From NCBI RefSeq assembly GCF_013177435.1, contig NZ_CP053627.1, positions 360,001 through 392,000 on the forward strand: 32,000 nucleotides of DNA. Direction: 5' to 3'. A model generated the notes under the pieces. It ran no database searches. It was given only the letters and a program-made list of their open reading frames with translations, and had not been told where the DNA came from. Shown piece after piece: positions 1-8,980 of the stretch. The stretch comes from Xylella taiwanensis. GTDB lineage: Bacteria; Pseudomonadota; Gammaproteobacteria; Xanthomonadales; Xanthomonadaceae. Position numbers and translations under genes: made by a program. Numbering within the stretch: position 1 is the stretch's first letter; every line of letters begins with the position of its first letter.

Positions 1-1063
1 GCGGCGCGTTTGGGGTGTACCACAGCCCCTGTGCTTTTGCGTAGGCTTCAACCAGTGCGATCTGCGATTCGCTGCGCCCTGACAGGCGTAGGTAATTCAA
101 TGATTCTGTGTCGATCGGGAAGATACCGCAGGTGGCACCATATTCTGGCGCCATGTTGCCGATGGTGGCCCGATCGGCGAGTGGCAGATGCTCCAGACCA
201 TCGCCGTAGAACTCGACAAATTTGCCGACCACACCGAGCTTCCGCAGCATCTGGGTGATGGTCAGCACCAGATCGGTGGCAGTGGCACCCTCGGGGAGTT
301 TGCCAGTGAGTTTGAAGCCGACTACTTGCGGTATCAACATCGAGGAAGGCTGACCCAGCATCGCGGCCTCGGCTTCGATACCACCGACGCCCCAACCGAG
401 TACACCGATGCCGTTGATCATGGTGGTATGGCTATCGGTACCGAACACGGTGTCTGGATACGCCCAGGTGGCGCCGTCCTTCGTGGCGGTCATGACCACG
501 CGTGCGAGGTGTTCCAAGTTGACTTGGTGGACGATCCCGGTATTTGGCGGGACGACCTTGAAGTTGTTGAATGCTTTCTGGCCCCAACGCAAGAAACCGT
601 AACGTTCTTTGTTGCGCTGGAACTCGATGTTGCCGTTAAGGTCCAGTGCCTCTGGCTTGCCGAACACGTCGACTTGTACAGAGTGATCGATGACAAGTTC
701 CGCGGGGATTTGCGGGTTGATCTGCTGCGGTTGACCACCGAGCTTGACGGCCGCATCGCGCATTGCTGCCAAGTCGACCACACAGGGAACACCAGTGAAG
801 TCCTGCAACACCACACGAGCTGGCATGAATGCGATTTCAGTGTCTGGCTCGGCCTTTGGATTCCACTTGGCGACTGCTTCGATATGCGCAGTACTGACGG
901 TGACGCCGTCATCCTCATGGCGGAGCAGATTCTCCAGCAAGATCTTCATCGAGTAAGGAAGGTGCGAGATGTCGCAGCGCTCACCTAGTTTGGCAAGGCT
1001 GTAGTAGTGGTAGGACTGGTTTCCGACGTGTAGTTGACTATGAGTGGAGAACGCATCGCGCAT
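1..1063 (-). CDS. acnA: Aconitate hydratase A (AcnA/IRP-type aconitase), N-terminal ~354 codons; 3' end lies beyond the window
   Basis: The minus-strand frame is open from ATG (complement of 1063-1061) to the window edge. It is absent from the ORF track because there is no stop in the window. My translation is collinear with AcnA N-terminal domains: [27 protein letters not shown]...[18 protein letters not shown]...[24 protein letters not shown]...[32 protein letters not shown]...[17 protein letters not shown]. Confidence 0.93.
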   Translation of the reverse strand, partial: MRDAFSTHSQLHVGNQSYHYYSLAKLGERCDISHLPYSMKILLENLLRHEDDGVTVSTAHIEAVAKWNPKAEPDTEIAFMPARVVLQDFTGVPCVVDLAAMRDAAVKLGGQPQQINPQIPAELVIDHSVQVDVFGKPEALDLNGNIEFQRNKERYGFLRWGQKAFNNFKVVPPNTGIVHQVNLEHLARVVMTATKDGATWAYPDTVFGTDSHTTMINGIGVLGWGVGGIEAEAAMLGQPSSMLIPQVVGFKLTGKLPEGATATDLVLTITQMLRKLGVVGKFVEFYGDGLEHLPLADRATIGNMAPEYGATCGIFPIDTESLNYLRLSGRSESQIALVEAYAKAQGLWYTPNAP

Positions 1064-1263
1064 TGAGATGATTCCTTGCGTTTAGATGGCTTGCATTGGT
1101 AGCGCTGCTGAACGTTGCCGGCTTGCAGTGCCTCTGGATTGGTGTTGATTGGAGTTTGCAGTGCTTAGGTATACGTTAAGACTACACCTCAGCATGTGTC
1201 ATTGATGTCACTGCGCAGGTCCGTGCCGACCTGTGACCGGGAATCTTGAGGTCTAGATGAGTT

Positions 1264-1291
1264 TTGGTATGTGAAAACAGGTATGTATAAT
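1264..1291 (+). promoter_or_regulatory. Candidate sigma70-type promoter for the vapBC pair
   Basis: Perfect TATAAT at 1286-1291 and a TTGGTA -35-like hexamer at 1264-1269, separated by a 16-nt spacer, 29 nt upstream of ATG 1320. Pattern match only. Confidence 0.3.
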
Positions 1292-1319
1292 CGCCGCATA
1301 CTTGACGGGGTTCATCATC

Positions 1320-1559
1320 ATGGAAGCGACTGTTGCCGAGCGTGGTCAAATTACTCTGCCTAAGCGAGTGCGCGATGCGCTTGGTTTGACCAAGGGCACG
1401 CTGTTGAAGGTCGAGTTGGACGGTGCCCGGATCATTCTGCGTAAGAGTGTGGATGATGCAATCGCGCGCGCGCGCGGCAGATTCGTGCTGGACGACTTCG
1501 GCTCCAGTGGCCAGACGGTGCATTGCAGCAGCACAGCCACGAAGACGGACAAGCGGTGA
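1320..1559 (+). CDS. vapB: AbrB/SpoVT (MazE-fold) domain antitoxin, VapB-like
   Basis: In ORF 1302..1559 the internal ATG at 1320 gives MEATVAERGQITLPKRVRDALGLTKGTLLKVELDGARIILRK, the typical AbrB-type swapped-hairpin motif. The stop lies 1 nt before the start of a PIN-domain gene. Confidence 0.7.
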   Translation: MEATVAERGQITLPKRVRDALGLTKGTLLKVELDGARIILRKSVDDAIARARGRFVLDDFGSSGQTVHCSSTATKTDKR

Positions 1560-1560
1560 G

Positions 1561-1962
1561 GTGGTGATTGCGGTCGATTTCCCCGTCATGGTTGAATTGC
1601 TTGCTGACCGGTCGCAGGCCGATGCGGTTGAGGCTGCGTTGCGCCAAGGTTTGCTCGGTGGCCGGGTTGTGGTGTGCGATGTGGTACTGGCTGAGATCAG
1701 TGCTGTGTTGCGGGACGGCGCTGAGGTGCTGGGAGTGCTTGAGGAGATGGGGGTACACTTCCATCCATTAGAAGCTAAAGCAGCGTTGCGCGCCGGCGAG
1801 ATGTACCGGCGCTATCGTCAGCGCGGTGCCAGCGGGCACGACATTAAAGATTTTCTGGTGGGCGCGCATGCGTTGTTGCAGTGCGACGGTCTGATGACTT
1901 GGAACGATACGTTTTATCGTGACTACTTCAAGGGTATGAAGCTGATCGTGCCACGCGCTTGA
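1561..1962 (+). CDS. vapC: PIN-domain ribonuclease toxin, VapC-like
   Basis: In the frame of ORF 1423..1962, a GTG at 1561 follows the vapB stop immediately. The product [14 protein letters not shown]...LAEISAVL...[23 protein letters not shown] has PIN-like spaced acidic residues (N-terminal D, central E, D-x-x-x-A, and a T-x-D-like C-terminal motif). Size is 133 aa. The start choice (1561 vs 1564) is uncertain. Confidence 0.65.
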   Translation: MVIAVDFPVMVELLADRSQADAVEAALRQGLLGGRVVVCDVVLAEISAVLRDGAEVLGVLEEMGVHFHPLEAKAALRAGEMYRRYRQRGASGHDIKDFLVGAHALLQCDGLMTWNDTFYRDYFKGMKLIVPRA

Positions 1963-2011
1963 GCGTCTCCATCCACTGTTGTCCATCCTATATTCATGCG
2001 GAGAGTTGTCT

Positions 2012-4615
2012 ATGTTGGAAGCCTATCGACACCACGTCGCTGAGCGCGCCGCGCTTGGCATTCCACCATTGCCACTGAGTGCGCAGCAGACGGCAGATGT
2101 CATCGAGCTGCTTAAAGTCCCACCGGCGGGTGAAGCAGATTTCCTCCTCGATCTCATCAGCCACCGTGTCCCGGGCGGGGTTGATGATGCTGCTAAAGTT
2201 AAAGCCTCTTACCTGGCGGCGGTTGCCTTTGGCACAGAAGTGACGCCGCTGTTCACGCCACAGCGCGCCACCGAATTATTGGGCACCATGCTGGGGGGAT
2301 ATAACATCCAACCGTTGCTTGACTTGCTCGATCATGCCGAATTGGGTCAGGTGGCGGCTGAAGGGTTGAAGCACACTTTACTGGTGTTCGATGCTTTCCA
2401 TGATGTGCAGGAGAAGGCAGAGCAGGGCAACATCAATGCTCGCGCAGTCCTGGAAAGTTGGGCGGCGGCTGAGTGGTTCACGAGCAGGCCGGAAGTGCCG
2501 CAGCGCCTGACCGTCACCGTGTTCAAAGTCCCTGGTGAAACCAATACCGATGATTTGTCGCCGGCACCGGATGCGACCACCCGCCCGGATATCCCAATGC
2601 ATGCGTTGGCGATGCTGAAGAACAAGCGCGAGGGAGCGCCGTTCGTGCCGGAAGAAGAGGGTAAACGTGGTCCGATTCAGGAGATGTTGTCGTTGAAGCA
2701 GAAGGGACATTTAGTGGCCTATGTCGGTGATGTCGTTGGCACGGGTTCCAGTCGGAAGTCGGCAACTAACTCGGTGCTGTGGTGGACTGGTGAGGACATT
2801 CCGTACATTCCGAACAAACGTTTCGGAGGCGTGTGCTTAGGCTCGAAGATCGCGCCGATCTTCTACAACACCATGGAAGATGCTGGTGCATTGCCGATCG
2901 AGCTGGATGTATCGAAGATGGAACATGGCGACGTGATCGAGTTATATCCCTACGAGGGGCAAGTGCTGAAGAACGGCGTAGTGATTGCTGAATTTGCGTT
3001 GAAATCGGAGGTGTTATTGGACGAGGTGCGTGCTGGTGGTCGTATCCCGCTGATCATTGGCCGTGGCCTGACCTCCAAGGCCCGTGAGGCGTTGCAGTTG
3101 GAACCGACCAGCCTGTTCCGCTTACCGGTCAATCCGCCGGAGACTGGCCGCGGTTTCTCGTTAGCGCAGAAGATGGTGGGCCGCGCCTGTGGCCTTCCCG
3201 AAGTGAATGGCAAGCAGCAGGGGATGCGTCCTGGCACATACTGCGAACCAAACATGACCTCGGTCGGTTCACAGGATACGACCGGCCCTATGACACGTGA
3301 CGAGTTGAAAGATCTGGCGTGCCTGGGGTTCTCAGCTGATTTGGTGATGCAGTCCTTCTGTCACACCGCCGCCTATCCGAAGCCGGTCGATGTAAACACT
3401 CACCACACCTTGCCGGAATTCATCTCCACCCGCGGCGGCATCGCGCTGCGTCCTGGTGATGGCGTGATTCATAGCTGGCTCAATCGCATGCTGTTGCCTG
3501 ATACCGTCGGTACTGGCGGTGATTCACATACACGTTTCCCGATTGGGCTCTCGTTTCCTGCTGGTTCTGGTCTGGTTGCTTTCGCGGCAGCCACCGGCGT
3601 GATGCCGCTGGATATGCCCGAATCAGTACTGGTGCGCTTCAAAGGGCAGATGCAACCGGGTGTGACGCTACGTGATCTGGTCAACGCGATTCCCTTATAC
3701 GCCATCAAACAAGGCTTATTGACTGTGGCGAAACAGGGCAAGAAGAACATTTTCTCTGGGCGTATTCTCGAAATCGAAGGGTTGCCCAATTTGAAGGTGG
3801 AACAGGCCTTCGAATTGTCTGATGCCTCGGCAGAACGTTCGGCAGCGGGTTGCACCGTCCGTTTGAATAAGGAACCGATCATCGAGTATCTCAATAGCAA
3901 TATCACGTTGCTCAAATGGATGATTGCCCAAGGTTATGCCGATGCGCGTTCCTTGGCGCGCCGCATGAAGAAGATGGAAGCATGGTTGGCTGATCCGCAA
4001 TTGATCGAACCGGATACCGATGCTGAGTACGCCGCGATCATCGAGATCGACCTGGCTGAAATTCATGAGCCTATTGTGGCTTGCCCGAATGATCCGGACG
4101 ATGTGAAAACCTTGTCCGATGTCGCAGGTGCGAACATTGACGAGGTCTTTATCGGCTCATGCATGACTAACATTGGTCACTTCCGGGCAGCGGCTAAACT
4201 GTTGGAAGGTCAGCGTGATATCCCAACCCGGCTGTGGGTTGCTCCACCCACCAAAATGGACGCCTCGGAGCTGACCAAGGAAGGCCACTACGGCACCTTT
4301 GGTAATGCTGGCGCGCGTATGGAGATGCCCGGGTGTTCACTGTGCATGGGCAATCAGGCGCAAGCGCGTGAGGGTGCCACTGTATTCTCGACCTCGACGC
4401 GTAACTTCCCGAATCGCTTGGGTCGGAATACCAATGTTTATCTCGGTTCTGCAGAATTGGCGGCGATCTGCTCACGCCTGGGCAAAATTCCGACCAAGGA
4501 AGAATACATGGCGGACATCGGTGTGATCGACACTAAGCGTGCGGAAATATACCGCTACATGAACTTCGATCAGATCCAAGATTATCGAGATGTGGACCAG
4601 ACTGTGGCGGTGTGA
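2012..4615 (+). CDS. acnB: Aconitate hydratase B / 2-methylisocitrate dehydratase (AcnB)
   Basis: In ORF 1979..4615 the internal ATG at 2012 gives [22 protein letters not shown]..., collinear with E. coli AcnB over the whole length. Matching stretches include [112 protein letters not shown] and [20 protein letters not shown] precedes 2012. Length is 867 aa. Confidence 0.97.
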   Translation: MLEAYRHHVAERAALGIPPLPLSAQQTADVIELLKVPPAGEADFLLDLISHRVPGGVDDAAKVKASYLAAVAFGTEVTPLFTPQRATELLGTMLGGYNIQPLLDLLDHAELGQVAAEGLKHTLLVFDAFHDVQEKAEQGNINARAVLESWAAAEWFTSRPEVPQRLTVTVFKVPGETNTDDLSPAPDATTRPDIPMHALAMLKNKREGAPFVPEEEGKRGPIQEMLSLKQKGHLVAYVGDVVGTGSSRKSATNSVLWWTGEDIPYIPNKRFGGVCLGSKIAPIFYNTMEDAGALPIELDVSKMEHGDVIELYPYEGQVLKNGVVIAEFALKSEVLLDEVRAGGRIPLIIGRGLTSKAREALQLEPTSLFRLPVNPPETGRGFSLAQKMVGRACGLPEVNGKQQGMRPGTYCEPNMTSVGSQDTTGPMTRDELKDLACLGFSADLVMQSFCHTAAYPKPVDVNTHHTLPEFISTRGGIALRPGDGVIHSWLNRMLLPDTVGTGGDSHTRFPIGLSFPAGSGLVAFAAATGVMPLDMPESVLVRFKGQMQPGVTLRDLVNAIPLYAIKQGLLTVAKQGKKNIFSGRILEIEGLPNLKVEQAFELSDASAERSAAGCTVRLNKEPIIEYLNSNITLLKWMIAQGYADARSLARRMKKMEAWLADPQLIEPDTDAEYAAIIEIDLAEIHEPIVACPNDPDDVKTLSDVAGANIDEVFIGSCMTNIGHFRAAAKLLEGQRDIPTRLWVAPPTKMDASELTKEGHYGTFGNAGARMEMPGCSLCMGNQAQAREGATVFSTSTRNFPNRLGRNTNVYLGSAELAAICSRLGKIPTKEEYMADIGVIDTKRAEIYRYMNFDQIQDYRDVDQTVAV

Positions 4616-4639
4616 TCCTCAATTGTACGTTGTCATCTC

Positions 4640-4673
4640 AACCAGCCCGGAGCCTGTCATCTCCGGGCTGGTT
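4640..4673 (+). terminator. Hairpin after acnB (candidate terminator)
   Basis: A 13-bp perfect inverted repeat, aaccagcccggag (4640-4652) / ctccgggctggtt (4661-4673), with an 8-nt loop, 25 nt after the acnB stop. The trailing U-tract is weak (gcgtgtt). Confidence 0.45.
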
Positions 4674-5264
4674 GCGTGTTAGGCAAGTGCTGCACAAGCC
4701 TTACGACGCTCTTGTTATCCATCGTCATGGTTTGATGGACAGCGGCTCAGGTTTTTTTTCGGAGAGAGCAAATATCGATTGGTGTTGTGATCGAGGCAGC
4801 GCACATCGAATGCTTGCGATGTGTTGATTGTGAATTTTTCTGGTGTTTAGCGATGTTGACTGACTTAAGAATCTGCACGACTGAATAACGCAACTGACGA
4901 CTTGTCTACCTGGTTGTTCTGGCGGGTGCTCACCAACATCTACTGCAACCTGGGATGCATCGGCTACGGCAGTGACTTCATGAAGAACACGATGCACGTG
5001 AATGCGATTGACCTCATTGAGTCAGTGCATGGTTGCAAGTCCTCAGCCTTATCGTGCACAAGTCGAGCAGTGCATGACACAAAAAAATGCAGGCGCACGT
5101 GTTCCTATTGTTGCCTCTATGCTCCCGCGTCAGCGCCTGCATTGAGTGTTTGTCTCTGCACCAGTGTGTTGGCGGCTATGTCATCGTGGGTATCACAAGA
5201 CTTGCTCCTTGTAGGTCTGGGTCGGTATAGTCGCCCTCCTTACAGCGCAGCTGTGCTTGGTAAG

Positions 5265-5340
5265 GGCCGGGTAGCTCAGTTGGTAGAGCAGGGGACTGAA
5301 AATCCCCGTGTCGGGGGTTCGATTCCCTCCCCGGCCACCA
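5265..5340 (+). tRNA. tRNA-Phe (anticodon GAA)
   Basis: A 76-nt sequence, GGCCGGGTAGCTCAGTTGGTAGAGCAGGGGACTGAAAATCCCCGTGTCGGGGGTTCGATTCCCTCCCCGGCCACCA. The acceptor stem is GGCCGGG/CCCGGCC, the anticodon loop is CUGAAAA, the T-loop is GTTCGATTCC, and CCA is encoded. It is near-identical in layout to E. coli tRNA-Phe. Confidence 0.97.
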
Positions 5341-5423
5341 ATATCAAAAGGTCAACCGTGTGCTGTTGGCCTTTTTTCTTGCCCGATCGCGCCGATTCCC
5401 GCGTGTTGTTGGGGGGTGCTGCG
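5335..5423 (+). repeat. Left copy of an imperfect direct repeat (att-like), overlapping the last 6 nt of tRNA-Phe and its terminator
   Basis: By hand alignment, 5335-5423 (ccaccaatatcaaaaggtcaaccgtgtgctgttggccttttttcttgcccgatcgcgccgattcccgcgtgttgttggggggtgctgcg) matches 15395-15480 with about 6 mismatches and 3 gap positions, roughly 90 percent identity. Confidence 0.85.
5348..5377 (+). terminator. Rho-independent terminator downstream of tRNA-Phe
   Basis: Stem ggtcaac (5350-5356) / gttggcc (5365-5371) with one G-U pair and an 8-nt loop, followed by T6 (5372-5377). Confidence 0.7.
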
Positions 5424-5560
5424 TAAGCCTGCGGACTTCGGCAACCACCTTCTGTTGCGAGGTGGACGGTAGCCATGTGACCAACACATCCCCTACAGCA
5501 CATACTCCAAAGAGCGCAACAGGCAGTACATTGGCCGCACCCCATCGACAAGACGCCACC

Positions 5561-5791
5561 ATGTCACGCCTGAAAGCCGAAACCCTGTCCATTCGCACCT
5601 CCGTCGAGATCAAACACCTGTTGCGCTTGGCCGCAGCACATGAACGCCGCTCGGTCGCCTCCATCGTCGAAATCCTCGTACTGAAATACGCCCAGCAATA
5701 CGACTTACACACCGCACCCCATCCATCCATGCCCCCGCCACAGCGACCGCTGCATCACGAGGCACTCCCCACTGACACCCGCATCCTCTGA
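5561..5791 (+). CDS. Small ribbon-helix-helix (CopG/Arc/DUF1778-like) DNA-binding protein
   Basis: The internal ATG at 5561 of ORF 5360..5791 gives MSRLKAETLSIRTSVEIKHLLRLAAAHERRSVASIVEILVLKYAQQ. This is a beta-strand (LSIR), helix, helix pattern typical of RHH antitoxin/repressor domains, followed by a Pro-rich tail. It lies 65 nt upstream of hsdM on the same strand. Confidence 0.5.
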   Translation: MSRLKAETLSIRTSVEIKHLLRLAAAHERRSVASIVEILVLKYAQQYDLHTAPHPSMPPPQRPLHHEALPTDTRIL

Positions 5792-5856
5792 CACACGCAG
5801 CAGCCAAACGGCTACCACACCGCCTGCGCCTTGCTCCTCGCCCCTGAAGCCACCGC

Positions 5857-7617
5857 ATGAACCCCATCGAACAACAGTTTCTCAACGACTTCGAAAAAAA
5901 ACTCTGGACCGCTGCCGACAAACTGCGCTCCTCCCTGGATGCTTCCGTCTATAAACACGTCGTCCTGGGCTTGATCTTTTTGAAATACGTCTCCGATGCC
6001 TTTGAAGAACGGCAGCAAACACTACGCCAGCAATTCCAAAACCCCGAACATGACTACTACATGGACCCTGACGCCTACGGCGGCGCAGGCACACCAGAGT
6101 ACGAACAAAACCTGGCCGCGGAACTGGAGGTCCGTGACTACTACATCGCGAAAAACGTCTTCTGGGTGCCCATTGAGGCCCGCTGGCACACCTTGCGCAA
6201 TTTCGCCCCATTGCCCCCTGGCAGCGAACTGCCGTGGACAGTGCCCAAGCGCGACAGCGATGGCCGCTACGTGCACAACGCAGCCGGTGAACGCGTCATG
6301 GAGCCGGACAAAATGCGCACCGTCGGCTGGCTGATCGACAACGCCATGGAGGCTGTTGAACGCGAGAACGTCAAACTCAAAAACGTGCTCAACAAAGACT
6401 TCGCCCGCACCCAGATCGACAGCCACAAACTGGCCGACCTGATCGTCCACTTCTCCGACACCTACTTCAGCCAACCCACCTACCGCGGCCACACACTGGA
6501 CCTGAAGAGCAACGACATCCTCGGCCACGTCTACGAATACTTCCTCGGCCAATTCGCCCTCGCCGAAGGCAAAAAGGGTGGCCAGTACTACACCCCCAAG
6601 AGCATCGTCACCCTAATCGTGGACATGTTGCAGCCCTTCAAAGGCCGCGTGTACGACCCCGCGATGGGCTCGGGCGGCTTCTTCGTGCAGAGCGAACACT
6701 TCATCACCCAGCACAGCGGCAAAATCACCAACCCCAAAACCGGCCAGATCAGCATTTACGGCCAAGAGAGCAACCCCACCACCTGGAAACTGGCCGCCAT
6801 GAACATGGCCATCCGCGGCCTGGACTTCAACTTCGGCAAGCACCCCGGCGACACCCTGCTGAACGACTTACACCCCGACCTACGCGCCGACTACGTCATG
6901 TCCAACCCCCCCTTCAACATGAAGGAATGGTGGAGCGAGAAACTGGATAACGATCCACGCTGGATCGCCGGCAAACCGCCACACAGCAATGCCAATTTTG
7001 CCTGGCTGCAACACATGCTCTACCACCTGGCCCCCACCGGCAGCATGGCACTGCTGCTCGCCAATGGTTCCATGAGCAGCAATACCAACAACGAAGGTGA
7101 AATCCGCAAGCAACTGGTCGAACACGATCACGTCGAATGCATGGTGGCCCTGCCCGGCCAACTGTTCACCAACACCCAGATTCCCGCCTGCATCTGGTTC
7201 CTCACCAAAGACAAAGCCAACGGCTTCAACCTCGATAAGAAAAAACGCAACCGGCGCGGCCAGTACTTATTTATTGATGCCCGCTCACTGGGCTACATGA
7301 AAGATCGTGTCCTGCGTGACTTCACCCTGGACGACATCAACAAGATCGCCACCACCTTCCACGCCTGGCAACAGGGCACGAATTACGCCGACGTCCCCGG
7401 TTTCTGCTACGCCGCCACACTGGACGACATCCGCAAACACGGCCATGTGCTGACGCCAGGTCGCTATGTGGGTGCAGCGGCACAAGAAGACGACGGAGAA
7501 CCCTTTGCCGACAAAATGGCGCGCTTGACAGCGCAGTTAGCGGAACAGTTTGCTGAGAGTGCCAAGCTGGAGGGGGAGATCAAGAAGAACTTGGCGGGGT
7601 TGGGGTATGGCGTTTGA
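5857..7617 (+). CDS. hsdM: Type I restriction-modification system, DNA methyltransferase subunit M (N6-adenine)
   Basis: The 586-aa ORF has an HsdM N-terminal domain (LWTAADKLRSSLDASVYKHVVLGLIFLKYVSDAFEE). The AdoMet motif is VYDPAMGSGGFFV (about 6652-6690). The catalytic motif NPPF is at 6904-6915 (SNPPFNMKEW). The C-terminal helical tail is ARLTAQLAEQFAESAKLEGEIKKNL. Confidence 0.95.
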   Translation: MNPIEQQFLNDFEKKLWTAADKLRSSLDASVYKHVVLGLIFLKYVSDAFEERQQTLRQQFQNPEHDYYMDPDAYGGAGTPEYEQNLAAELEVRDYYIAKNVFWVPIEARWHTLRNFAPLPPGSELPWTVPKRDSDGRYVHNAAGERVMEPDKMRTVGWLIDNAMEAVERENVKLKNVLNKDFARTQIDSHKLADLIVHFSDTYFSQPTYRGHTLDLKSNDILGHVYEYFLGQFALAEGKKGGQYYTPKSIVTLIVDMLQPFKGRVYDPAMGSGGFFVQSEHFITQHSGKITNPKTGQISIYGQESNPTTWKLAAMNMAIRGLDFNFGKHPGDTLLNDLHPDLRADYVMSNPPFNMKEWWSEKLDNDPRWIAGKPPHSNANFAWLQHMLYHLAPTGSMALLLANGSMSSNTNNEGEIRKQLVEHDHVECMVALPGQLFTNTQIPACIWFLTKDKANGFNLDKKKRNRRGQYLFIDARSLGYMKDRVLRDFTLDDINKIATTFHAWQQGTNYADVPGFCYAATLDDIRKHGHVLTPGRYVGAAAQEDDGEPFADKMARLTAQLAEQFAESAKLEGEIKKNLAGLGYGV

Positions 7618-8980
7618 TTGGAATGCAGCCATTGTCGGTGACTTCGTTGATCTGCAACGTGGAAATACTTACCAAAGCGCACTTCTGGATACACCTGGCC
7701 CAGTACTTCTTGGCCTCGCATCCATTGAGTGCGATGGCGGATTTAGACCAGACAAGCTCCGAACCTATGGAGGCGAAAGTCCAGCCAGGCTCCTAATATA
7801 CCCAGGAGACATCTACGTTTCCTTGAAGGATGTTACCCAGTCGGGGGACCTTCTGGGCTCGGTAGCTCGTGTTCCAAATTTCATCACTGTTGGAAGATTG
7901 ACTCAAGATACAGTGAGGCTTGTATTCAAAAACGAGATGATTGATCGCTCATATCTATATTGGATTTTGAGGACCCCTGAATACAGGGATTATTGCCGAG
8001 CACGCGGCATGGGAACTACGAACCTATCGCTAAGTCGAAGCGATTTTCTTTCCTTTACTGTTCCCGAGCCAACATCTAATCGCCTCTCCATTCAGCGCAC
8101 ACTGGATGCTATTGAATGCAAGATCACGTTGAATCGAGATATTTGTCAAACCCTCGAAGCCATGGCGCAAGCGATCTTCACATCGTGGTTTGTCGATTTC
8201 GACCCGGTCAAAGCCAAAATCGCCGCTATTCAAGAGGGCCGTGACCCGCTGTGTGCTGCCATGAGTGCCATCAGCGGCAAGGGTGACGCCACCCTCGACG
8301 CGCTGCCGCCCGAACAATACAAACAACTCGCCGCCACTGCCGCGCTGTTCCCTGATGCGATGGAAGCAGCGGCGTTGGGGGAGATTCCGAAGGGGTGGAT
8401 GCTCAAGTCCCTCGGTGATGTTGCGCAATTTGCGAACGGGAAAGTTGATGTTGCCTCTCTGAATGAAGGGATCTACGTTTCCACCGAAAACATGCTTAAT
8501 GATAGAGCAGGCATCACTCGCGCAACCTCACTTCCTTCCACAGCGACCGTGCCGAGCTTTACTAAAGGCCAAGTTCTCGTTTCGAATATTCGGCCTTACT
8601 TCAAGAAGATTTGGTTGGCACGCTTTAATGGCGGAAGATCTCCCGATGTATTGGCTTTTGCGCCGGTAGATCTCCGATGGTCTGAGTTTCTGTATAGCTT
8701 GATGTACCAAGATGCATTTTTTGAGTTCATAACACGCACAGCCAAGGGCGCTAAGATGCCTCGCGGAGATAAGGATGCAATCATCGGCTGGAAGTTTCCT
8801 TGTCCTGACGAACGACTAATAGTGCATTTTTCAGAAAAATCCAGACCATGCTATGAGCACATTGAGCACTTAACTTCAGAGAATCAAGCGCTGCTAGTAC
8901 TCCGCGACACCCTGCTCCCCAAACTCCTCTCCGGTGAGTTGCCTGTGACGGCCCTTGTGGACGCCGCGGGAGCTGGATGA
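7607..8980 (+). CDS. hsdS: Type I restriction-modification system, specificity subunit S (two target-recognition domains)
   Basis: The ATG at 7607 (MAFDWNAAIVGDFVDLQRGNTYQS) overlaps the hsdM end by 11 nt. There are two variable TRDs separated by a central conserved region (AIFTSWFVDFDPVKAKIAA...) and a C-terminal conserved region (LRDTLLPKLLSGEL). Length is 457 aa. Confidence 0.92.
   Translation: MAFDWNAAIVGDFVDLQRGNTYQSALLDTPGPVLLGLASIECDGGFRPDKLRTYGGESPARLLIYPGDIYVSLKDVTQSGDLLGSVARVPNFITVGRLTQDTVRLVFKNEMIDRSYLYWILRTPEYRDYCRARGMGTTNLSLSRSDFLSFTVPEPTSNRLSIQRTLDAIECKITLNRDICQTLEAMAQAIFTSWFVDFDPVKAKIAAIQEGRDPLCAAMSAISGKGDATLDALPPEQYKQLAATAALFPDAMEAAALGEIPKGWMLKSLGDVAQFANGKVDVASLNEGIYVSTENMLNDRAGITRATSLPSTATVPSFTKGQVLVSNIRPYFKKIWLARFNGGRSPDVLAFAPVDLRWSEFLYSLMYQDAFFEFITRTAKGAKMPRGDKDAIIGWKFPCPDERLIVHFSEKSRPCYEHIEHLTSENQALLVLRDTLLPKLLSGELPVTALVDAAGAG

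Noticed and set aside
188-988. 266-aa plus-strand ORF (also 490..918 and 48..395 on the minus strand in other frames).
   Set aside because: It lies entirely antisense to, or out of frame with, the clearly recognisable acnA reading frame. The translation is low-complexity with no motifs. It is an artefact of GC-rich coding DNA.
4902-5426. 174-aa plus-strand ORF between acnB and the island.
   Set aside because: It reads straight through tRNA-Phe (5265-5340) and its terminator. It has no recognisable motifs or RBS and is almost certainly non-coding.
6205-6324. Apparent ~40-aa insertion in the HsdM N-terminal domain (PLPPGSELPWTVPKRDSDGRYVHNAAGERVMEPDKMRTVG) relative to the shorter HsdM proteins I remember.
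   Set aside because: HsdM N-terminal domains vary in length between families. Without an alignment I cannot show that this is unusual, so it is recorded only as a note.
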